Both the position numbers and the translations under genes were made by a program. Shown here one piece after another: positions 12,400-23,025 of a DNA stretch of 46,989 nucleotides (position 1 is its first letter; every line of letters begins with the position of its first letter). Below the pieces are notes generated by a model. The model ran no database searches. It worked only from the letters and a program-made list of their open reading frames with translations, and had not been told where the DNA came from. Source of the DNA: Peribolospora baueri. Its lineage: Eukaryota. The stretch is from contig JAMDHS010000126.1 in NCBI GenBank assembly GCA_029717555.1, forward strand, positions 1 to 46,989, read 5' to 3'.

Positions 12400-12960
12400 C
12401 TCAAGGGGCGCTGAAGGTAATCCGGTACTCGACAGCGGGCACTGCTGCTTTCTGTACCATATCCTTCCCTGCCGCGTCTTTCTCATTAGAACTGACGCAT
12501 TAATGAGCGCTGCCACTTTTGCTGTCCTTCTATGTCTCGGGCATCTTTCCTCTCTTTGGGCAAGTTTCTGAACTTCCCTTCCTACGTTCTCCAGTTGTTC
12601 CGCCACGATCGCGCGCAGCCAGACATGTGAACGTACTTACGGTCAGAGCGGAGCAACCCCGAGCCCTGCCCGGCGCCAATGTCACCGCGGGCGCATGGGA
12701 CGTCCAGGGTCGACACCGGCAGGTTTGGAGGAGAGGTAGGACGACCCTGAACATGATCTTAGAGCCTTGGCTTGCCCTGCCAGCAACGGCGACGGTCAAA
12801 GCGTGTCATCGCTATCAAGTCCTCCTTCCCTCACTACTATCATTGGGTATTTGGACGGCGGGCACGATGTGCTGAGAGCGCTGTCAGGGGACGTGAACGG
12901 AGCGGGATGAAGTCATGCAACTGGATGGAGAGCGAAGAGGAGGACAGAGAGACGGACTCG

Positions 12961-13015
12961 TCATGACCTCCGCTTGAATCGAGGAAGAGCGCAAACGTGT
13001 GCACGGACCAGTTCA
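12961..13015 (+). repeat. Copy 2 of the ~55-bp dispersed repeat
   Basis: tcatgacctccgcttgaatcgaggaagagcgcaaacgtgtgcacggaccagttca. Confidence 0.75.
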
Positions 13016-13092
13016 CCTGCCTCCGTCGGGCCCCGCGGTTCCTTCGATCGCGTCGCAAAAAATCAACCCACCTCAGCGAGGAAGGAAAAAAT

Positions 13093-13180
13093 TGATCGCT
13101 CCCGGGTTCGAACCGAGGACCTTATCCGTTCAGAATTAATCGTGTTAAGGATACGCCATAACCAACTAGGCCAAGCAATC
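13093..13180 (-). tRNA. tRNA-Val(AAC) with 14-nt intron (13129-13142)
   Basis: Minus strand reads GATTGCT-TG-GCCTAGTTGGTTATGGC-G-TATCC-TTAACA[intron]C-GGATA-AGGTC-CTCGG-TTCGAAC-CCGGG-AGCGATC-A; acceptor, anticodon and T stems pair; followed by a T6 Pol III terminator. Confidence 0.95.
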
Positions 13181-13246
13181 ATATTACTTTTGCTATGAAA
13201 AAATGATCCATGGTATCCGTTCCAAACCGAAGGGTATTTTGTATGC

Positions 13247-13275
13247 CGTGGGTTCGAGCCGCACGTTGGGCACCA
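13247..13275 (+). pseudogene. Isolated tRNA 3' fragment (T-arm, acceptor strand, CCA), tRNA-Lys(CTT)-like
   Basis: CGTGGGTTCGAGCCGCACGTTGGGCACCA resembles the conserved eukaryotic tRNA-Lys(CTT) 3' end CGTGGGTTCGAGCCCCACGTTGGGC; no matching 5' half upstream. Confidence 0.6.
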
Positions 13276-13280
13276 TCACG

Positions 13281-13338
13281 TCACGACCCCGGCTTGGATC
13301 GAAAGCAAAAGAGCTCAGCCGTGTGCACGGACCCGTTC
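13281..13338 (+). repeat. Copy 3 of the ~55-bp dispersed repeat
   Basis: tcacgaccccggcttggatcgaaagcaaaagagctcagccgtgtgcacggacccgttc. Confidence 0.7.
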
Positions 13339-14305
13339 TATTCGCCTCCCTATACCCGAGAGAATCTCTTACTGAAACAAAACGATATGATCAATGTAAG
13401 GATCAGTTTTGATGTTTTGCAAGACATGAAACCGAAACGATTTAAAGCCCAGATGTGGATCTTTGCAAGATATCGGTACTACCATCAACCCAGTAGTCCC
13501 CTTGAAAACTGCACAATCTGATTGTGCATTTGGGGCTCATGTTTGGATCTCTGCGAGATGTCGATGGAACATCGACCCTGCAGCCGCCTTGAAAACACAC
13601 GGTCTGGACGGTAATTTAGGTGCCAGGTCGGACACTTGCGAGATATCGGGCACACGGATGGAGGGTGGAAACCGCAAGCCAAGATGCTGCGACTCGCACG
13701 GCGAATATGCCCCCTATTGGTCTCCCACAATGAGCTGCCTGTCTTTGGACATGCGCAAGTTCGGCCTGGTGGATAACAAGGACTGGTATGACGGTGACAA
13801 TACCGGTAAGAGGTCGTGTGTATGACGAACGCAAACAGGATCATGGTCCGCTGCCGGCCGGACTTCCGCTGCTGCGTCTGGACGCGGCCGCTTCGCCGTC
13901 GTCGTCCCAACGCGCGATGCTTGAATTGCGGGCAGATGGTCCACCATACCGATGCGCCCGTCTAGAGGTTCACCACCTGGACTGGACTGGATTCCATCCG
14001 AGCATGCAGACGGGATGGAAGAAGGATGGCCCAGCTCGACCAGCGTTTGGCGGAACGCCGTCGTCGTGGGAATTCCGGCCGGCGATGCGCGGCAAAGGGG
14101 GCCGCGGGCGTGCGCCTCGTGCAGGCGGCTAGGGAGCGAGGGAACGAGGGAACGAGACAGGCATGATCGAGCCACCGTCCTTTCTTCTTCTTGCTCGGCC
14201 CCTTCCTCTTTCGTATTCTCCTCTCCTCGTGCCTTCGCCCCTATATCCCTTCGCATTCATATCCCCCGGCCGTCTTCGTGCGGCTGCTGTTTCCACTCTT
14301 TGTTC

Positions 14306-17300
14306 ATGAGCGGCGATACGAGCGGCGGCCTCTCCAGAGGCGACATGGATACCGAGTGAGTGTCTGCCCACGCCATCGACGGCCTTCTCTTACGCAGCGA
14401 TGAAACCCTCTCGCTGACCTCCCCTTAGAAACGCATTTGCGCTTGCGAACGAGCCCGACCCGACCACCGGCTGGACGCCGCTGCATTACGCCGCGAGCAG
14501 GGGCCAGCTGGAGAGGGTGCGGTGGTTGGTCGAGGAATGTGGCGCCATGGTCGGATGCGAGGACCGAGAAGGAGAGGTGAGCGTGACTTTGTTCATTCCT
14601 GGTTTCGACCGCGAGCATGATCTGAGTTTCCCTCTCGCAACCCGGGCAGACCGCTCTGCACAAGGCCGCCCTGTACGGCCGGCTGCCCACTCTCTCCTAC
14701 CTACTCTCCGAGACCGCTGACGCGGATCCCAATGCCGCCGATAACGATGGTTGGACAGCCCTGCATAACGCCGCTAGTAAAGGCTACCTCGACATCATCC
14801 GGGTATTGATCGAGCAAGCGGGCGCAAACGTGAACATCAAGGGCGGAAGGGGTGGATACACGCCACTGAGTGAGTGCGCGGCCCGGCCCGCCGAGGGAAG
14901 CCATGGTCGGTGGCGGTGGCTCATGTGCGTTCCGGTGTGCTGTCGCAGTGAATGCCGCCTCCAAGGGGCACTTGCCCGTGGTCCGCTACCTGACCGCGAA
15001 ACAACATGCCGACCCGTTCGTGCACAACAACTTTGGCGAGACTGCATACGACGTCGCGGCGGCCACGTTCGAGGTGTACATTTGCCATGTGTTGGAAAAG
15101 TACGAGGCGGAGCGTTGGGCGGCGCTCAAGTTTTCCAGTCCGGCGCAGAGCCAGGATGGCCCTTCGCCCGTCAAGCTGGGACAAGGCGCCTACAACCCTC
15201 TCGTCTTGCATTCGACGGTGCCCGTGCTGGTATACGAGAACCAGCGACTCGATACAAGGCTCAAGACGCTCGCCTACCGCGGCGGAAAGCCGCGCTGGTC
15301 GGCGACGTCCGCTGGCCGAAGGTCGAGGACGGACCGTCGAGCGCCCTTCACCATCCCGCCCGGCAGTTTGAACTCCACCGGCAAGCACGTGCCCGTGTTC
15401 AGGAGCGATGTGCAGCTGCCTAAAAGGGACGACCCGTATCATCTGCCGCTTCCGTCCAGGGTGAACCCAAGTCTGGCTCGACGCGGCGGGCGGTCGCGTC
15501 CGGCTAGCCGCCTTCCGACTGTCAGTGAGGCACCGATAGATATCGACGGATCGGGCGCATCGTCCACTCCCACCCCTTCCTCCGTCCTCGCCACTACCCC
15601 TCGCGCTTCTTCTGCCTCTTCGTCCGCATCCGCGTCCGCCTCTGAAGCCTCCGTGGAGCGCTCTCATTTCTGGCTCTCCGATTGGACGCCTGACTTGACC
15701 CATCCCCGGGTGGACGTGGACGACGGGTGGCAATACGCTCGTTCGTTCGACGATCCAGAAGAGAGGTGGACCGCAGAGCAGCCCCCTCTCTTGCGACGCC
15801 TTCTCTCCGGAGGCGCGTCTGGCGTTGGTGGCGTCGTAGGTTCCGCCGCTGCAATGGGGAGGGACGACGAGGAAAGGCTGAGGTTGACCGGATGGGTGCG
15901 ACGTCGACGGTGGGTGCGTATCATGCGTCGCAGAGTAGACATCGAGCTCGGCGACCCGGTCCCCGGGGAAGATGCTTGGGCCGCAGCCCACGGCGAAGGG
16001 GTTGACTACCTCACTCGCGCCGAATTTCTCGCTGGTGGTGCTGCGGACGGACACTCGATGGGCGTCACAACGCCTTCGGCAGAGGGCACGTCGAACGGGG
16101 TGGACGAAAGCGTCGAGCTCAGGAGGAAGATCGCGAGGCTGGAATCTGCCGTGAGCGAGTTGAGGAGTGGATGCTTCAGTGAGTCCAATTCCAAATGCGG
16201 TTCACCTGCTCCTATGGAACATATCGCGTCTGCATTGAAGAGCACGGCTCGCTTCTCTGCTTGCAACACCCTCACTCGTAAACCATGTCCCATGTACTCG
16301 CTTTCAGCGGACGACAATGCGGAACGACGCTCTCGGGGAGAGGACCTCCTGAAGCGCTACACTCTCGAACTCGGCCTACTGCGAGAATTCGCGGGTGATG
16401 GCCTTGTGGAAACAGAGTATTCGGACGAGGATGACGATGACGATGACGAGGACGAGGAGTTCATCTATCCTGGTTCGTCGCGCGACGACGGCATGTCCAC
16501 CGTCACCGGCCGCACCGGCTATTCTCGTCGGACCGCTCTGGCACCGAGCCCTTTCCGCTCGGGCAGCTACTTCCCCTCAGCCCCGTCAGTCATCTCCTAC
16601 GGCGGAGAGTCTTCCTACACCATCCGTGCTGCTACCCCACGCTCTCAGGACCTTGCAGCTGCCCCGGGGTTCAGGGTGCCCACAAATGAAATGCCCAGCA
16701 AGGCCCCCGTGAGACGCGGCGACGTCCCTCAGCCGCATAACCTGCAGCCTCAGTGGGAAAGGGACGAGGATGCGAACGAGTGTCGAAGGTGCCAGAGGCG
16801 ATTCACTTTCTTCGTCCGCAAGGTGGGTTCGGTTGTGCTGCGCACCACAGGGATGACTTGCTTGCTGATGTCCATCTCCGCCAACGCAGCATCACTGTCG
16901 TCGCTGTGGCCTGGTCGTGTGCGCCCAATGCTCCACACATCGCGTGCCCTTGGACCCGACCGAGCTCGTGCTCGATCCAGCCGCACCTGAGACGTGGCCC
17001 TCGCCGTCCTACCCCAATCAGCCCTTGCTCCATCGCATTTGCGACCAATGCGATGCTGAACTTAAGATGCCCAACCGTCTTCGCAACGCCGCAGGCGAGG
17101 CTTCCTCTCGCGCCGGAGAGATCCTGCTTGGAGGGCGCAGTGGCAGGCGCAACGTGGACGAAAACGAGCGGGCGAGCGACATTAGCTCTAACGTGAGCGA
17201 GCTCACCGAGTGCCCAGTGTGCAACACCACGCTGGCCTCTCTGGGTAGCGCGCAGCAGCAGGAGGAGCACGTGAAGGATTGTCTTGACAACGGAGGCGGT

Positions 17301-17697
17301 GGCAGCGTGCAGAGCGGGCGATATCTTGGTAAGCAGCGCTGTTTCTCCTCTTCCGCATCGCTGCTCCGAAGCTGACCGTCATCCCGAAACTCGGTCTTAT
17401 TGGCGGTCGCGTATGGTGTCGTGGCCAGTGTACAAGCTTCCGGCGAACTCGCCGATCGTCGGCAAAGAGTGCATCATTTGCATGGAGGAGTTCACCGTCA
17501 CCGAGATGATCGCGCGGCTCCCTTGCCTTTGCTACTTCCACCGCACTTGGTGAGCGAGCCACGGGTGGCGTTCTCGAGTTTCTATCGGAGACCGTCGTCC
17601 TTGACGCCCGTCTCCTTTTCTAATCTACTCCGTTCACAGCATCTCTGCGTGGTACAATCGCGGCAAATCCTGCCCAGTGCACGCCAGGACGTGGTAA
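14306..17697 (+). CDS. Ankyrin-repeat, DysF(Pex24p-like), FYVE and RING-H2 protein (Pib1-like E3 ubiquitin ligase)
   Basis: Ankyrin repeats GWTPLHYAASRG, TALHKAALYG, GWTALHNAASKG, GYTPLMNAASKG; DysF signatures VYENQR, WLSDW..D..DVDDGWQYA..F, WVRRRRWVR; FYVE WERD..CRRC..RK|HHCRRCG.VVCAQC..RICDQC; C-terminal ECIICMEEF..IARLPCLCYFHRTC..W..CPVH; 7 canonical introns; stop TAA ends at 17697. Confidence 0.88.
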
Positions 17698-18210
17698 TCG
17701 CCGTTGGATCGACTTTTCTTTCTTCCTTCCTCCGTCCTCGTCTGCCTTTCTTCCCCCCTCTCCTTCCTTGAGATTCCCCGCTGTCCATGGTCCGTCGAGA
17801 TGACCCTACGATCAGTACGTTTTCACGCATTTTATTAATACACACACGCGTGCGTGCTTGGGAGAGCTTCATAGCGGACGTCGACGGATCGACGATCGTC
17901 GACGTCGGCCATGCGCAAAGCCGTCCAGTCACAGTCAAACATCTAATCGGATCGTGTTTCTTCAGCTCGAGCTCAAGCGAATGACACTTCATCCGAACGG
18001 GTAAGTAAGTACACCACGGCGAGCGGTAAAGAGCCGGCCAAGAAACCGGGGGGGCGATAGCGATAGCGATAGAAAAAGAGCAAAGGTGGAAACGACGACG
18101 CCGCTGCGAAGGAAGGTCGCGCGCGTCCGTGCGGAGAGAGAGTGAAATTCGGAGGGAGGGTTATTTGAGGAAGCGGAGCCGTTGTTTTAGACAGACAAAA
18201 GCGGGGCCGA

Positions 18211-21200
18211 TCACATGAGCGCCTTCCAGATCTGAAGGATGTGACGGGGAATGAAATGGTCAGGGAACGTCCGCGGGAGTGCTTCGCGGAAAAAGGGAAG
18301 AGGATAGATAGGCGGGGCCGCACCTTGTCAACAAAGTTCTTCGGAGGCTTCTCCGGCGTTTCGGCGGCCTCGATCTCGTCGATGCCCGAGACGAAGCTGT
18401 GGGGGTTGGGGTTGGGAGAAAAGCGAGGTAAGTGTGTTAGGGTCATGAACAGAAGGTTCAGACAGACGACGAGCGGGATGTAGTAGGATGCGACGCGATC
18501 GAGCGAAAAAAAAAAAAAAAAGGACGAGCGGGAAGAACGCAAGATCGGTCCGTGAGGAGACACTCACTCCTGAGGAACGGCGGCGTCGGCGGCGCAGTTG
18601 GAGGGATGGGGGTGAAAGAAGAGAATGAGCGTCCAGCTCTTGAACGACCGGTCGGTAAGACACGAAAATGGCTAATTGTTCGCGTACCATCTCCTCGGGT
18701 GCGATCACGCGCGACTTTTGCCAAAGCTTGCTGCCGAAGTAGAGCTGCATGTGTGCATGTCGTCGGATGCGGATGCGGACAGGGATGAGCCAAGCTCGGG
18801 GTGTCTATCACAACCCATCTCTCCTTGTCAGACTGGGAGCGGGACTCACCAAAGGGAACAGGACCATGGGCAGGTACGACGTGACCTAAAGACATCGAAA
18901 ACGGAGCGGGCCACCGCGGGGGTCAGACAGGGATCAGAGCCGAGGCGCGCCGAAACGAGTGGGAAATCGTTTAGGAACTCGGAACTCGGGAGCTCACAAA
19001 GGTGGCCACGTCCCACTGCGAATTCGTTCATACGCACGCACGCACGCACGGGGGCGCAAGTGATCTGTCAGTTTCTGAGAGAAGGATACGGACCAGCTCA
19101 TAGAATAGAGGTGATGCGATGGCTTCTTACGTTTCCGTGGATAAAGACGGCGAAGCCTGTGAAGTGCAAATGCAAGTGCAAGTGCGGGCGAGGAGGCTCT
19201 ATCCGTTCAGCTCACGCCCCCGCCCCGCCCCGCATGGCCAAGGGTACAATTTCGGACATGGGCGACTTACCGTTGAACAATACGATGATACAACAAGAGA
19301 TCCTGCGAGCGACGAGGACAACAGCAAAAAGAAAAAGAGTAAGGGATGGACCCCAGTCGACTTATTTCATACTGCCTCTCTAGTAGGTGGCACTCGATCC
19401 TCGAGGACTTTCTGACAACTCACATGCCGTACCACGCCAGGTAGGGCTGACCCCAGTTGGCAAAGGGCAGCTTCTTGCGGTCATAGCCTTGGACCTTCAT
19501 ACCCTTGTAAAAGCGGAGGTAGGTGATGCAAATGCCGACCCAGGTCAAGAGACCGGCGAGGGAGGTCCTATTGCGGCCAAGCGAAGCGAATGGAGGGAGG
19601 CGAGACGGCACGGCACGGGTCAGCACGCCGACCCGCGCGTCGAACAAATCCCGGGAAAGTGGAAAGGGAACGAAGAGCGGGGCTCACATGTTGGCGAACC
19701 AGTTGAACACCATGTTGGAGCCCGCAGAGACGCCCATGAACGAGAGGAAGGTGAAAGCGATGGACACGGTGAGGGAGACCCAGGGCAAGCCGTTCTTGAG
19801 CGTCTTGGAGAAGATGCGCGGCGCTTGGCCAGAGATGGAGAGGGCATAGAGAGCGCGAGAGGAAGTGTAGAGGTCGGACGAGGCAGCAGAGCAGGCCGAT
19901 GTCAACTGAATCAGAAAAAGGTAAAGAAAGGGTGAGAGGGACGATGTAGGAAACGAGAGGCCCGCTGGTGAAGAAAGGGAGGAGGACGCACGAAAGCAGC
20001 ATTGACGACGCTAGGAAGGCCCTTGACCCCGGCGTTCTTGAGAGCGATGACGAAGGGCGACTTGGCGCCAGTGGACGTTTTCAGGCCGAGGTTGGGCTCG
20101 TTAGAGGGGACCAGGAGGGAGATGATGAACGTGCCGCCGATGCTGTTAGCGGACACGAATGGGTCAGTCAGGGGACATCTCCAAAGGCATCTTCCATCTC
20201 CTCGCAGCACGAACCCCCGGTCGACTCGACTCACTAGAAGATCAAGATACGAACGTACACGCGCCTGGGGAAAACGCATATAGTGAGACGGGCTTCAGGT
20301 GGAGGGATTAAGCTAGGACGACTCACCTGATGGCACGAGGGATGTTACGGCGCGGGTTCCTGGACTCTCCGGAGGCGATGGCGACGATCTCGGTACCTGT
20401 GCGCGGGGGCGGGGCCACGGAGAGTCAAATCAGAAAGGCACGCTCAGCGGTCTGGTGTCACGGTCGGAAGCTAGCTCACCGATGTACGAGAAACCGGCTT
20501 GGATCTACTCCGCGGGAACGGCGACATCGCATGGATGAGTCAGCAAGCAGGAAGAAAGGCAACGTACGAGAGCAAGCGAGTCGACTCACGAGGACGGCCC
20601 AGAAGCCGAGGAAGCGTCCCTTCGCGCCCTCGATGCCGAGGTACTGAACGAAGGGGCCCGGATTCTAGGACGACGTGGAGCATAGACATGAGATGGTTAG
20701 AGCCGAACGTCCGACAGTAGCCATCGGGTAAAAAAAAAAAAAAAAAGACAGAGAAAAAAAAGCAGGAAGGAGAACGCCAACACACCTTCCAATACCGGAA
20801 GCCGAGACGGTCATGCGAAGGGCCACCGCCGAGGTCGAGGACGATGCCGAGGATGATAAGACCGATGATAGTGATGACCTTGATGCTGGCAAACCAAAAT
20901 TCCGCCTATTCCGAGATAGAGACGAAGGGCTGAGTGCGACTAAGGCGGGGGCGAGGCGACGACGACGCGAGAGGGACGGAACGTACCTCTCCGTAGCCCT
21001 TGGCACCGAGCAGGTTGATACCTGCACACGGACGATGCAAACGAGTCAGCAGGTTGTCATGGCGTCGAAGGAGAGACTTGGAACGCCAGCGCTCACCTGA
21101 AACGACGACGATAAAGATGCTAATCCAGGCCGCATTGCTGTAAAGAAGATCGAATGCATTGTGTTAGCTGGGCGCCGACGGACCGAGACGATCTTCACCG

Positions 21201-22676
21201 GGAAACGCGTGGACAACTCGCTTCGTCGTGGAATCCCAAAAGTTGACGAGGACGGCTGCGGCGGACAGTTCGGCGGGGAGGACGACAACCCTGTGGCGGT
21301 TCGTAAAGGATGCGGGTGGGGGATGTGAGAAGGAAGGTGCGTCCACAGACTCGGTTCAGAGGACGGAAAAGGAGACGCACCAGTTGTACCAGTAGTTCCT
21401 ATCGGCCGATGCAGCCCAGGACGGTTTGACCGATCAGAACTTGGCACGAGGATCTGCTTGACCGGAGCCTGTCCAACTCACCAACCCTAGGGAGACAGGC
21501 GAACGAAATTCAGAGTCAGATTTTCCAGTCCACCACGTCTGGCGTCGACATCAGAGGAGTGCATAAGCGCAGACGCACCATAGCGAACGAAAGGGCGTTG
21601 TCAACGAATCGCTCGGCAAGCTTGACGTGACTGCAGAGAAGAGGGCGGCGCGGGAGGATGGAGGGTCGGAATTAGAGGAGAGAACGGAAGACGGAGGAAG
21701 GACGGGATGGCTGCCCGCTCGGCGCACGCACCCGCCGGAAATGGGGAGGTAGGCGATCATTTCTCCGAGGGAGACCATGACAGAATACACGATGGTTCCC
21801 ATAATCGCGTAGCCGAGGACGAGACCGACGGGACCACCGTGCTCGAGGGCGTTGGCCGTACCGAGGAAGAGACTTTGGGAGGGGCGTGAGAAGGGCGAGG
21901 AGGGATGGGCGTTGTCAGCGAGGAGGCCGAAGAGCGGGAGGGAAAGGACGCCGAGTTGAATTGCTCACCCGGTGCCGATCACACCACCTGTGTACGTTGT
22001 GGAAGGCAAGACGGCGGTGGGAAGCAGAAGGAGGTGAGCGAGCGAGCCGGTGGTGCTTCAGGGAAGACGCGCATGAAGACGACGTACCAATACTGATCTG
22101 TGGGCCGAACGTCAGGAGCGTCGAAAAGGGACAGATAGACGAGGGCGGGACGTGAATGAGCGCTCGGAAGACACGCCGGTCGTCTGAATGCACTGACCAT
22201 GGCAATATGACTGACGGGGACCAACGTGGAGGATAAGGCCGAAGGGATGAGCGCCGTACCGCGCTGCCAAGGGCCGGCCTAGGTGCGAACGAGAGCTCAC
22301 CGGTTTTTCAAGCCACGATGGAGGTTGCCCTCTCCGATGGCAGAGTCGCCCTAGTGCATGGCGGAAAAGGGCGTTGAGGAGTTAGTGGTGGTACATACGA
22401 AATCGAAATCAAACAGCGCTCTTTCCCTCTTGCTGGTCGAGGAGAAACAGGAACAGGCACGCCACACTCTGCCCTGTCCTGACCCCTCCTAGCCTGGCAG
22501 CTCAGAGAAGGAAGAAGAGACAGCACGGCACTCACGGCGAGCTCTGCAGTTCCGATATCGGGGTGCTTCTCCTCCAAGGGGTGTACGCCGGCGGAGGCAG
22601 GGCCGCCTGCGCTCTTGAAGGGGTCATCGCTCTTGAAGGCGTCCCCTGGGTCGCCTTCGCCTTGGTAGGAAGACAT
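18211..22676 (-). CDS. Amino-acid permease, APC/YAT family, Dip5-like (about 28 exons)
   Basis: Spliced translation gives [111 protein letters not shown] and ends IWKALM*. Confidence 0.93.
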
Positions 22677-22982
22677 GGCGGAGAGGGGGTGAGGTGAGGA
22701 GAAGGCGAGTGTTGTATGTCTGCGTGGGGACGGGAGGAGGGGGGAAAAGAAGCAAGGTCGAGCGAGGCAGCGCGATACTGTCAGTCTCGCTTTATGGATG
22801 GTGGAGAAGAGGGAAGAGAAGGGGACGCTGGCGGGCGCGGTGTAGGCGCGTGATGTGCAGTGCAGTGATGGCCTCCCGCGAGGTGGTGAGTGGAGTGCGA
22901 GGCGAGGAGAGGAGAGGAGAGGAGAGAAGCGAGTTGAGTTGCGTTTGCGTCCCGCTCGACTCGAATCGAATCGTACTTGCAT

Positions 22983-23025
22983 TCTCTCCCTCTCTCCCTC
23001 CCTCTCTCTCTCTCTCTCTCTCTCC
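22983..23025. repeat. (CT)n microsatellite upstream of the permease
   Basis: tctctccctctctccctccctctctctctctctctctctctc. Confidence 0.85.
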
